Assembly (NCBI RefSeq): GCF_963921235.1
Contig: NC_086108.1
Coordinates: 116,686,001 to 116,750,000, forward strand
DNA from: Mobula hypostoma
Lineage: Eukaryota
DNA: 64,000 nt
Direction of reading: 5' to 3'
The number at the start of each line of letters is the position of its first letter. Position 1 is the first letter of the stretch. Shown here in pieces: positions 12,399 through 23,680 of this stretch. Under the pieces are notes generated by a model that was not told the origin of the DNA, ran no database searches, and saw only the letters and a program-made list of their open reading frames with translations. The translations under genes and the position numbers were made by a program.

Positions 12399-15260
12399 TG
12401 TTCTTATGACTATACCCCTCCCCCACACGAAACCACCACGGTGGGCTTCACAGCTGAACAGGTGAGAAGACAGCTGAAATGTCTCAACCCAAGCAAGGCT
12501 GCAGGACCGGATGGTGTCAGTACCAGGATGCTCAAAGCCTGTGCCCCTCAGCTATGTGGAATACTTCGCCATGTATTCAGCCTGAGCCCGAGGCTCCGGA
12601 GGGTTCCTATACTGTGGAAGACGTCCTGCCTCGTCCCTGTGCTGAAGACGCCGCGCCCCAGCGGCCTCAATGACTACAGACCGGTGGCATTGACCTCCCA
12701 CATCATGAAGACCCTGGAGAGACTTGTTCTGGAGCTGCTCCGGCCCATGGTCAGGCCACACTTAGATCCCCTCCAGTTCGCCTACCAGCCCCGACTAGGA
12801 ATTGAGGATGCCATCGTCTACCTGCTGAACCGTGTCTATGCCCACCTGGACAGGCCAGCGAGCACTGTGAGGGTCATGTTTTTTGACTTCTCCAGTGCAT
12901 TCAACACCATCCACCCTGCTCTGCTGGGGGAGAAGCTGACAGCGATGCAGGTGGATGCTTCCCTGGTATCATGGATTCTTGATTACCTGACTGGCAGACC
13001 ACAGTACGTGTGCTTGCAACACTGTGTGTCCGACAGAGTGATCAGCAGCACTGGGGCTCCACAGGGGACTGTTTTGTCTCCCTTTGTCTTCACCATTTAC
13101 ACCTCGGACTTCAACTACTGCACAGAGTCTTGTCATCTTCAGAAGTTTTCGGATGACTCTGCCATAGTTGGATGCATCAGCAAGGGAGATGAGGTTGAGT
13201 ACAGGGCTACGGTAGGAAACTTTGTCACATGGTGTGAGCAGAATTATCTGCAGCTTAATGTGAAAAAGACTAAGGAGCTGGTGGTAGACCTCAGGAGAGC
13301 TAAGGTACCGGTGACCCCTGTTTCCATCCAGGGGGTCAGTGTGGACATGGTGGAGGATTACAAATACCTGGGGATACGAATTGACAATAAACTGGACTGG
13401 TCAAAGAACACTGAAGCTGTCTACAAGAAGGGTCAGAGCCGTCTCTATTTCCTGAGGAGACTGAGGTCCTTTAACATCTGCCGGACAATGCTGAGGATGT
13501 TCTACGAGTCTGTGGTGGCCAGTGCGAACATGTTTGCTGTTGTGTGCTGGGGCAGCAGGCTGAGGGTAACAGACACCAACAGAATCAACAAACTCATTCG
13601 TAAGGCCAGTGATGTTGCAGAGATGGAACTGGACTCTCTGACGATGGTGTCTGAAAAGAGGATGCTGTCCAAGTTGCATGCCATCTTGGTTAATGTCTCC
13701 CATCCACTACATAACGTACTGGTTGGGCACAGGAGTACATTCAGCCAGAGACTCATTCCACCGAGATGCAACACAGAGCGTCATAGGAAGTCATTCCTGC
13801 CTGTGGCCATCAGACTTTATAACTCCTCCCTTGGAGGCTCAGACACCCTGAGCCGATAGGCTGGTCCTGGACTTATTTCATAATTTATTAGCATAATTTA
13901 CATATTACTATTTAACTATTTATGGTTCTATTACTATTTATTAATTCTAGAACATAGAATAGTACAGCACAGTACAGACCCTTCGGCCCACAATATTGTG
14001 CCGACCCTCAAACCCTGCCTCCAATATAAGACCCCACCTTAGATTCCTCCATATACCTGTCTAGTAGTCTCTTAAACTTCACTAGTGTATCTGCCTCCAC
14101 CACTGATTCAGGCAGTGCATTCCACGCACCAACCACTCTCTGAGTAAAAAACCTTCTTCTAATATCCCCCTTGAACTTCCCACCCCTTACCTTAAAGCCA
14201 TATCCTCTTGTATTGAGCAGTGGTGCCCTGGGGAAGAGGCGCTGGCTATCCACTCTATCTATTCCTCTTATTATCTTATACATCTCTATCATGTCTCCTC
14301 TCATCCTCCTTCTCTCCAAAGAGTAAAGCCCTAGCTCCCTTAACCTCTGATCATAATGCATACTTTCTAAACCAGGCAGCATCCTGGTAAATCTCTTCTG
14401 TACCCGTTCCAATGCTTCCACATCCTTCCTATAGTGAGGTGACCAGAACTGGACACAGTACTCCAAGTGTGGCCTAACCAGAGTTTTATAGAGCTGCATC
14501 ATTACATCGCAACTCTTAAATTCTATCCCTCGACTTCTGAAAGCTAACACCCCATAAGCTTTCTTAACTACCCTATCCACCTGTGAGGCAACTTTCAGGG
14601 ATCTGTGGACATGTACCCCGAGATCTCTCTGCTCCTCCACACTACCAAGTATCCTGCCATTTACTTTGTACTCTGCCCTGGAGTTTGTCCTTCCAAAGTG
14701 TACCACCTCACACTTCCCCGGGTTGAACTCCATCTGCCACTTCTCAGCCCACTTCTGCATCCTATCAATGTCTCTCTGCAATCTTTGGCAATCCTCTACA
14801 CTATCTACAACACCACCAACCTTTGTGTCGTCTGCAAACTTGCCAACCCACCCTTCTACCCCCACATCCAGGTCATTAATAAAAATCACGAAAAGTAAAG
14901 GTCCCAGAACAGATCCTTGTGGGACACCACTAGTCACAATCCTCCAATTTGAATGTACTCCCTCCACCACCACTCTCTGCCTTCTGCAGGCAAGCCAATT
15001 CTGAATCCACCTGGCCAAACTTCCCTGGATCCCATGCCTTCTAACTTTCTGAATAAGCCTACCGTGTGGAACCTTGTCAAATGCCTTACTAAAATCCATA
15101 TAGATCACATCCACTGCACTACCCTCATCTATATGCCTGGTCACCTCCTCAAAGAACTCTATCAGGCTTGTTAGACACGATCTGCCCTTCACAAAGTTAT
15201 GGTGCAACTGTAACGAAAACCAATTTCCCCCGGGATCAATAAAGTATGACTATGACTATG
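12399..15260 (+). mobile_element. Rex1/Babar-type LINE, 5'-truncated, RT frame open; 3'UTR split by a CR1
   Basis: ORF to 13859 with KAAGPDG, DYRPVALTS, LDPLQFAY, FFDFSSAFNTI, GAPQGTVLSP, QKFSDDSAIVG. The 3'UTR resumes at ~15197 and ends aataaag(tatgac)n. Confidence 0.9.
13945..15196 (-). mobile_element. 5'-truncated CR1 LINE with uninterrupted ORF2 portion
   Basis: ORF 14008-15207 (DFSKAFDKVPH, GVPQGSVLGP, KFADDTK); tail at 13945. Confidence 0.93.
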
Positions 15261-15540
15261 AGACATACACTACAGCAATCTCTCACACACAGTGACGCAT
15301 ACACTACAGCTCTCTCACACACACAGTGAGATGTACACTACAATTAACTCACTCTGTGAGATGTACTCTACGGCGATCTCACACACAGTGAGACGTACAC
15401 TATAGCGATCTCACACACAGACATACACTACAGCTATCTCACACATGCAGTGAGAAGTATACTACAGTCATCCCATACACACAGTTATTCTTACACTACA
15501 GCCATCTCATACACGCACACAGTGATACTTACACTACAGC
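15260..15540. repeat. CA-rich minisatellite, block 4, running into the exon donor site
   Basis: Units continue up to and overlap 15527-15540 (acttacactacagc). Confidence 0.88.
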
Positions 15541-15766
15541 CGTCACTGATGGCTTTGATATAAGGGTTGTTATCGTGTGACATCTCCTCATCATTGGAGC
15601 CCAGGAACCTCAGTGCCTTATCGTAGCTGTCCGACAATGCGTCGTGCCAGGCCACAGACTGCTGGCAGATGTAGCTGAAGTTCTGTCGTGCCGATGAACT
15701 CAGCAACTTCAGGAATGTCATCTGCACCTCGTTAATGATTTCACCTTGAGCATCCACATAGGACAG
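15533..15766 (-). CDS. COL11A1: Collagen C-propeptide exon (LSYVDAQG...[24 protein letters not shown]...DGCS)
   Basis: 234 bp, AG/GTAAGT, phase 0; VQMTFLKLL and [13 protein letters not shown] motifs. Confidence 0.95.
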
Positions 15767-15888
15767 CTGTATGGAACACAAAGGGTTAATGTGGTGTGGT
15801 GGAACACATTAACTATGGATAGGTGGGCAGCACAAGAGGTTAACAGGGGCAGGAGGTGCTTGATTCAGAATTTGAACAGTTCACTCAC

Positions 15889-15957
15889 CAGCCTTCCCCG
15901 CTTGAATTCACTGAACCAGGATCCAGGTGATTCCTTGGACCAGGGAGATAGTCGAGC
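15889..15957 (-). CDS. COL11A1: Collagen C-propeptide exon (ARLSPWSKESPGSWFSEFKRGRL)
   Basis: 69 bp, AG/GTGAGT, phase 0; PGSWFSEFKRG motif of COL5A1/COL11A1. Confidence 0.93.
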
Positions 15958-16084
15958 CTGGTATACAACAGAAGATGGGTGTAAACACTCAGACACCAGG
16001 ACTGGGGGCTCAGTGTTCCACTGCCCCAAAGGAGAGGAGATGCTGTCAACAATGGAAGGTGGCAGAGCTGGTAGGGAGCCTGGT

Positions 16085-18440
16085 GGGAGATTGGGAACAG
16101 CAGAGAAGGGAAGAAGAATGTGGCTGACAAGGGAAGTTAAGGATTGCATAAAAGCCAAAGAAAGGGCATAAAAGGTAGCAAAAGTGAGTGGGAAGTTGGA
16201 TGATTGGGAAGCTTTTAAAATCCAACAAAAAACAACTAAAAAAGCTATAAGAAGGGAAACGATGAAATGTTGGGGCAGACCAGCCAATCATATAAAACAG
16301 AAGTATTTTCAGTTACATAAAGAGTGAAAAGGAGGTGAGAGTTAGAACATAGAAACATAGAAAACCTACAGCACAATACAGGCCCTTCGGCCCACAATGC
16401 TGTGCCAAACATGTACCTACTTTAGAAATTACCTTGGGTTACCCATAGCCCTCTATTTTTCTGAGCTCCATGTATCTATACAAGAGACTCTTAAAAAACC
16501 CTATCGTACCCACCTCCACCACCGTCACCAGCAGCCCATTCCATGCACTCACCACTCTGGGTAAAAAACTTACCCCTGACATCTCCTCTGTACCTACTTC
16601 CAAACACCTTAAAACTGTGCCCTCCGTGTTAGCCATTTCTGCCCTGGGAAAATATTGGACCACCGAAAAATGAAGCTGGTGAGGTAGTAATGGGGAACAA
16701 AGAAATGGCAGATTAACTTAATGAGTACTTTGCTTCTGTCTTCACTGTGAAAGACATTTGCAGTGTGCCAGAGGTCTGTGAGTGCCAGGGAGCAGGACTG
16801 AGTGCCATTGCTATTACAAAGAAAAAAGTACAGCGCAAACTCAAAGGTCTTAAGTTGGATAAGTCACCTGGGCCAGAAGGACTACGTCCCAGAGTCCTGA
16901 GAGAGGTTGCTGAAGAGATAACGGATGGATTGGTCATGATCTTTCAAGAATCACTTGATTCTGGCATGGTCCTGGAGGACTGGAAAATTGCAAATGTCAC
17001 TCCACTCCTTAAGGGAGGAAGGCAAAAGAAAGGAAATTATAGTCCAGTTAGCCTAACCTCAGTGGTTGGGAAAGTGTTGGAGTCTATTATTAAGGATGAG
17101 GTTTCAAGGTACTTGGAGATTGAGGATAAGTCAAAGTCAGCATGGTTTCTATGAAGGGAAATCTTGCCTGACAAATCTGTTAGAGTTGTTGGAGGAAGTA
17201 ACAAGCAGGGTGGACAAAGGAGAGGCAGTGGATGTCAATTACTTGGATTTTCAGAAGGCATTTGATAAGGTGGCACACATGAGGCTGCTTAACAAGATAA
17301 AATCCTATGGCATTACAGGAAAGATACTGGCATGGATAGAAGAATGGCTGACTGGCAGGAGGCAGTGAGTGGGAATAAAAAGGGGCCTATTTTGATTGGC
17401 TGCCGGTGACTAGCGGTGTTCCTCAGGGGTCAGTACTGGGTCCGCTGCTTTTCACATTTCTTGTCAATGATGTAGATAATGAATCGATGGCTTTGCAGCA
17501 AAGTTTGCAGATGATACGAAGATAGTTGGAGTGGTAGGTAGTGTTGAGGAAGCAATGTGATTGTAGCAGGACTTAGACAAATTGGAAGAATGGGCAAAAA
17601 AGTGGCAGATGGAACACAGTGTTTGAAAATGTATGATAATGCATTTTGGTAAAAGGAACAATAGTGCAGACTATAATCTAAATGGGGAGAAGTTTCGAAC
17701 ATCAGAGGTATAGAGGGACTTGGGAGTTCTTGTGCAAGACTCCCAGAAGGTTAATTTACAGGTTGAGTCTGTGGTAAAAAAGGCAAATGCAATGTTGGCA
17801 TTTATTTCAAGGGGAATAGAATACAAAAGCAAGGAGATAATGCTGAGCCTTTATAAGACACCGGTCAGGTCGCACTTAGTGTATTGTCAACAGTTTTGGG
17901 CCACATATCTCAGAAGGGATGTGCTATCATCAGAGAAAATCTAAAGGATGTTCACAAGGATGATTCTGGGAATGAAAGGGATTAACATATTAGGCACTTT
18001 GGTCAGTTTTGGGCCTGTACTCACTGGAATTTAAAAGAATGTGGTGGTGGGGGGGATCTCATTGAAACCTACAGAATATTGAAAAGACTAGATAGGGCGG
18101 ATGTGGAGAGGATTTTTCTTATGGCGGGGGTATCCAGAACTAGAGGGCACAGCCTCAAAATCAAGAGGAAACCTTTTAGAACAGAGGTAAGGAGGAATTT
18201 TTTTAGCCGGAGAGTAGTAAATCTGTGAAATGCTCCGCCAACAGACTGCAGTAGATTTCATGTCTGTGGGTATATTTAAGTGGAAGTTAATTGTTTCCTG
18301 ATCGGTCAGGGCATCAGAGGATATGGCAAGAAAGCAGGTGTGTGGGGTTGGGTGGGATTCGGTGTCAGCCATGATGGAACGGTTGAGCAGACTCGATGGA
18401 CTGAATGGCCTAATTTTGCTCCTAAGTCTTATGGTCATAT
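16085..18440 (+). mobile_element. Degenerate CR1 LINE ORF2 and 3'UTR
   Basis: [28 protein letters not shown] and KFADD fragments with frameshifts; 3'UTR at ~18360-18440. Confidence 0.88.
16343..16652 (-). mobile_element. Short CR1 3'-end insertion
   Basis: (aacatag)n tail; same family as 19873-20231 and 30550-30835. Confidence 0.85.
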
Positions 18441-18589
18441 GACACAGGGAGAGTGGTTTACTGATGCCACATGACCCCTCTATGGTCTGCACATCACTGG
18501 GGAAATCTCTGGGGCCTGTATGAGGGAACTGTAGTTATCATTGGAGATCTTTATTTACATACTGAACGTGTGAACCAAACTGCCAATGA

Positions 18590-19300
18590 TAGAGTCACAC
18601 AGCACAGAAACCTAACTGATCCATACTGACCACAGCAACATCCCCGCTAATCCCAGTTTTCCGCGTTCATCCCATAACCCTCCATGTCCTTTCTCTCCTT
18701 CTCCATGTACAGTACACATTCAAATGTCTTGAGTTGTCCCCACCTCGGCTATTTCCTCTGGTCATTCTTTCCAGGTACTCTCTACCCTCTGTGTAAAGAT
18801 GTTACCTTTCAGGCCCTCTAGACCAGGCAACATCCTCATAAACCTCTCAGAGTCAGAGAACACGGCAGCACAGAAACAGGCTCTTCAGCCCATCTAGTCC
18901 ATTGCAAACTACTATTCTTCCTGGTCCCATCGATCTCCATCTGAATCATAGCCCTCCATAACCCTCTTATCCATGTGCCTATCCAAACATCTCTTCAATG
19001 TTGCAACTGAATGCAAATTCATCCCTTGAGTGTAGAAGTTTCCCCTCAGGTAGGAACAGCCTGCTTGCATTTACACTCTCTTTGCCCCTCATAATTTTGT
19101 ATACCTCTATCAAATCTCCTCTCAGTCTCCTATGGTCTAGGGAATAAATTCATAACCCTTTCCCTAAAACTCAGGTCCTCAAGTATCAACGACATTCTTG
19201 TAATTTTTTTCTATACTCTTTCAATCTTATTGACATGTTTCCTGTAGGTAGGTGACACTGCGCTGCTCACAATACTCCAAGTTAGACCTCACCAACAAAG
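18590..19300 (-). mobile_element. Old degenerate LINE 3' fragments
   Basis: cagcacagaaacagg heads and degraded CR1 C-terminal sequence. Confidence 0.55.
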
Positions 19301-19374
19301 CAGAAAGGGAATAAATGAGTGATTTCCTGGCTGGGATGGGTGGGGTGTAACTGGTGGTGAAGCCTTGGGTGTCA

Positions 19375-22300
19375 AAGGCCTTCTGAAAGTCCAAATATAT
19401 AACATCCACTGCACCCCCTTTATCTATCCTACTTGTAATCTCCTCAAAGAATTCCAGCAGGTTTGTCAGACAAAATTTTCCCTTAAGGAAACCATGCTGA
19501 CTTTGTCCTATCTTGTCCTGTATCACAAGTACTCCAAAATCTCATCATTAACAATTGACTCCAACATCTTCCCAACCACTGAAGTCATGCTAACTGGTCT
19601 AGAATTTCCTTTCTGCTGCCTTCCTCCTTTCTTAAAGAGTGGAGTGATATTTGCAATTTTCAAGTCCCCTGGCACGATGCCAGAGTCAAATGATTTTTGA
19701 AAGATCATTTCTAATGCCACCACAATGTCTAACGCTACTTTATTCAGAACCCTAGGGTGCAGATCATCTGGTCTGGTTGACTTATGTACCTTTAGGTCTT
19801 TCAGCTTTTTGAGCACCTTCTCTCTTGTAATAGATACTGCACTCACTTCTCTTCCTTCACACACTACAACATAAGATGTATAAGATAATGAGAGGCATTG
19901 AGCGTGTGGATAGTCAGAGGCTTCTTCCCAGGGCTGAAAGGGCTAGCATGAGAGGGCACAGGTTTAAGGTGCTGGGGAGTAGATACAGAGGAGATGTCAG
20001 GGGTAAGTTTTTTATGCAGAGAGTGGTGAGTGCGTGGAATGGGCTGCCGGCGGCAGTGGTGAAGACGGATATGATAGGGTCTTTTAAGAGACTCCTGGAT
20101 AGGTACATGGAGCTTAGAAAAATGGAGGGCTATGGGTAACTCGAGGTAATTTCTAAGGTAAGGACATATTTGGCACAGCTTTGTGGGCTGAAGGGCCTGT
20201 ATTGTGCTGTAGGTTTTCTATGATTCTATGTAACATCAGACATACTACTAGAGTCTTCTGCAGTGAAGACTGATGTAAAATATTCATTTAATTCATCAGC
20301 CATCTCCTTGTCCCCCGTTATTATTTCTCCTGCCTCATTTTCTAATGGTTCTATATCCACTCTCATTTCTCTTTTATTTTTAACACATTTGTACAAACTT
20401 TTACTATCCACTTTGACAGTATTTGCTAGCTTGCTATCATATTTCATCTTTTCCCTTCTAGCGACTTTTTTTAGTTGCTCTCTGTAGGTTTTTAAAAACT
20501 TCCCAGTCCTCTGTCTTCCCACTAATTTGTGCTTTGTTATATGCCCTTTCTGTTGTTTCTGCCAGAAACACACACCATTGCTGCTCTGCTGACATCCCTG
20601 CCAGCATCTCTTTCCAATTTACTTTGATCAACTCCTCTCTCAAACCACTGTAATTTCCCTTACTCCACTGAAATACTGCTACATCAGACTTTACTTTCTC
20701 CCTATCAAATTTCTAGTTGAACATAATCGTATTGTGATCATTGGTTCTTAAGGATTCTTTTACTTTAATCTCCCTAATCGCCTCTGGTTCAATACATAAC
20801 ACCCAATCCAGTATAGCTGATTCCCTAGTAGGCTCAATGACAAACTGCTCTAAAAAAGCTTTCCCTTAGGCATTCAACAAACTCACTCTCTTGAGATCCA
20901 TTACCAACCTGATTTTCCAATCAACGTGCATGTTAAAATCTCCCATGACTACCATAACATTGCCCTTTTGACTCGCCTTTTCTATTTCCTATTGTAACCT
21001 GTGGTCCACCTCCCAGCCACTGTTGGGAGGCTTGTATATAACTGCCATCAGGGTCCTTTTACCCTTGCAGTTTCTTAACTCAACCCACAAAGATTCAACA
21101 ACTTCCGATCCTATGTCATATCTTTCTACTGATTTGATGCCATTCTTTACCAGTATAGCCACACCACCCCCTCTGCCTGCCTTCCTATCCCTCCGATATA
21201 ACGTGTAACCTTGAACATTCAGCTCCCAACTACAACCATCCTTCAGCCACGATTCAGTGATGGTCACAATGTCATACCTGACAATCTGTAATAGTGCAAC
21301 AAGGTCATCCACCTTATTTCTTATACATTGAGATTTAACACTTTGACTGCTGTATTTGCTACGCTTTCTGATTCTGCATCCCTAATGTTTTGATACTCAG
21401 CCTGTTGGCTGCAGCTGAGTCCCATCACCTTCCTGCCCTTCCTGACAATCTGACTACACACTATCTTTACCTTTTTACCATCTATCCTATCCTGAGTCCC
21501 TTCATTCCGGTTTCCACCCCCCGCCCCCACACTGCCAAGTTAGTTTAAACCCTCCCTAACAGGTGTAAGAAACCTGCCCATGAGAATATTGGTTCCGCTC
21601 AGGTGCAGGTGTGACCTGTCCCTTTTGTAAAGGTCATACCTCCCCCAGAAGAGACCCTAATGATCCAAGAACCTGAAGCCCTGCCCCCTGAATCAGCTTC
21701 TCAGCCACACATTTCTCTGCCAAATCATCCTGTTTCTACCTTGACTGGCACATGGCACAGGCACCAATCCAGAGATTACTACCCTGGAGGTCCTGCTTCT
21801 CAGCTTTCTACCTAGCTCTCTGAATTCTCTCTGCAGGACCTCATTGCTCTTCCTTTCTGTGTCATTGGAATCAATATGTACCAAGATACTGGCTGCTCTC
21901 CCTCCCTCTCCAAAATGCTGTGGACATGATCCAAAATGTCCCTGACCCTGGCAGCTGGGAGGCAACATACCATTCCAGTATCACGTTCATGACCACAGAA
22001 TCTTATGTCTGTTCATCTGACTATTGAGTCCTGTATCACTATTGCTCCCCTCTTCTCCCTCTTTAAGTTCTGCACCAAAGACCCATTCTCAGTGGCAGTA
22101 ACCTGGTCTCCGTGGCATTCCCCTGGGAGGTCATTCCCACAGAAGTATCCAAAATGGATACTTATTATTGAGGGGAATGGCCACAAGGATGCTCTGCGCT
22201 AACTGCCTGTTCCCATTTCTATTCCTCCTGACAGTCACCCAGCTACTCACCTCCTGCAATGTAGGGGTGACTACTTCCCTGTAACTCTGATCAATTATCA

Positions 22301-22400
22301 CCTCACCCTCCTAAACAAGCCAAAGGTCATCCAGCTGCTGCTCCAGATCCCTAACGTGGTCTTCAAGGAGCTGCAGCCGGATGCACCATGAAAATGTATT
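19375..22400 (-). mobile_element. CR1 LINE with ORF1 remnant (SGNH esterase-like), endonuclease and start of RT
   Basis: LQLLEDHVRDLEQQLDDL coiled coil (~22310-22380); ILVHIDSND...SRVVISGLVPVP (21693-21968); YDIVTITESWL endonuclease; RT to LDFQKAFD. Confidence 0.88.
19873..20231 (+). mobile_element. Short CR1 3'-end insertion with AACAT TSD
   Basis: AACAT at 19868-19872 and 20232-20236; (ttctatg)n tail. Confidence 0.85.
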
Positions 22401-22454
22401 TCTCCGGGAGACTCTGGGACAAAGGATGCACAGAGGAAACGCACCAGAAACCTC

Positions 22455-22930
22455 CTGGGATGAGGGTGGGAGAGAGTTGAAGACAAACAGAAAGAGTGGG
22501 TAGAGAGTGGGGGTAGAAGGAGAAATTTGGAGGGCAGGGAGGTGTATAGAGGGTGGGGAGGTAAATGGAGGGGGATGGGAGAAAGAGGAGGAATCTGTGG
22601 AGGAAGAGGAGAAGGAAATGGAAGACGAGACACAAAAGAGGGAGTGCAAAGTGAGGGTTGGGGAGGTGGAGTAAGGTAGGGGGAGAGGGAGTGGAGGGAG
22701 CAGGTGAAGAAGGGTGGAGAGAGGTCGAGGGAAGGAGAGGATGGAGGGGTGCAGAAGGGAAAGGGGAAGGTAATGGATCATGAAGGGAGAGGGTCTGGGT
22801 GTGAGGAGTCAGGGAGTGGGTGGAGTGAGGAGATGGGGGCAGGGAGTGGAGGGGAAAGGGGTTAGGGAGAGAGAGGGAGAGTGTTGGGAAGGCGGGGGGG
22901 TGTGGTGCTGGGTGGGGAAGGGCGGACTGC
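22455..22930. repeat. Low-complexity purine-rich (GA) tract
   Basis: Strong G/A bias without a fixed period. Confidence 0.8.
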
Positions 22931-23014
22931 AGCGTGGGATTGACTGAGATCCTGTCCTCAGAGGGAGCACAGGCTTGTTGAGCGTCAGTGTGAACGAAAG
23001 GTGTCGTTACTCAC

Positions 23015-23127
23015 TCCCCGTGACTTGCTGTCAGGATAGATGCAGGTCTCGCTGCCGCTGGTGAAGTTGCAGTAAACCTTGAAGGAGTCTCCAGTGCAGC
23101 CCTGGTTCGGGTCAATCCAGTACTCAC
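23015..23127 (-). CDS. COL11A1: Collagen C-propeptide exon ([37 protein letters not shown])
   Basis: 113 bp; starts in phase 1, matching the previous exon; GTGAGT donor; classic YWIDPNQGC motif. Confidence 0.95.
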
Positions 23128-23358
23128 CTGGAACAGAACAGAAGGCTGTTAACCAAGTGCGGATGGTCAATCGCTGTGCAGCACTCTAGCGCTGTGGGTA
23201 TGAGACCCAGAGAAACGACAGTGCAGCAGGGAGAGCCACTGCCACGCATCTCCAGAGGCCCACTCACTCCTCATCCTAAAGGTACCTCCCTTCGTGCTGA
23301 GGCTGTGACCTCTGCTCCTCAACCCTCACACTGATGAAGGCATCTCCCCATCTCCCCC

Positions 23359-23619
23359 AACACACATAAAAGTTGCTGGTGAACGCAGCAGGCCAGGCAG
23401 CATCTCTAGGAAGAGGTGCAGTCGATGTTTCAGGCCAAGACCCTTCGTCAGACGAAGGGTCTCGACCTGAAACGTCGACTGCAAGTTAGTCCTGACGAAG
23501 GGTCTCGGCCTGAAACGTCGACTGCACCTCTCCCTAGAGATGCTGCCTGGCCTGCTGCGTTCACCAGCAACTTTTATGTGTGTTGCTTGAATTTCCAGCA
23601 TCTGCAGAATTCCTGTTGT
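23359..23619. mobile_element. Palindromic non-autonomous Penelope-type element with hammerhead motifs
   Basis: Long inverted arms (23358-23449 vs ~23494-23585); 13-14-bp TSD (t)ccccatctccccc at 23346-23358 and 23620-23632. Confidence 0.8.
23488..23523 (+). ncRNA. Minimal type I hammerhead ribozyme motif
   Basis: Stem I AGTC (23488-91), CTGACGA (23492-98), stem II AGG...CCT, GAAA (23512-15), C-G-TC with predicted cleavage after 23519, stem I' GACT (23520-23). Confidence 0.7.
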
Positions 23620-23680
23620 CCCCATCTCCCCCGTTCATTCACTCACTATTCAGGCCTTTCAACATTCAGTAGGCCTTAAC

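Noticed and set aside
22298..22781. Pro/Ser/Leu-rich ORFs
   Set aside because: Low-complexity tract joined to a CR1 ORF1 remnant.
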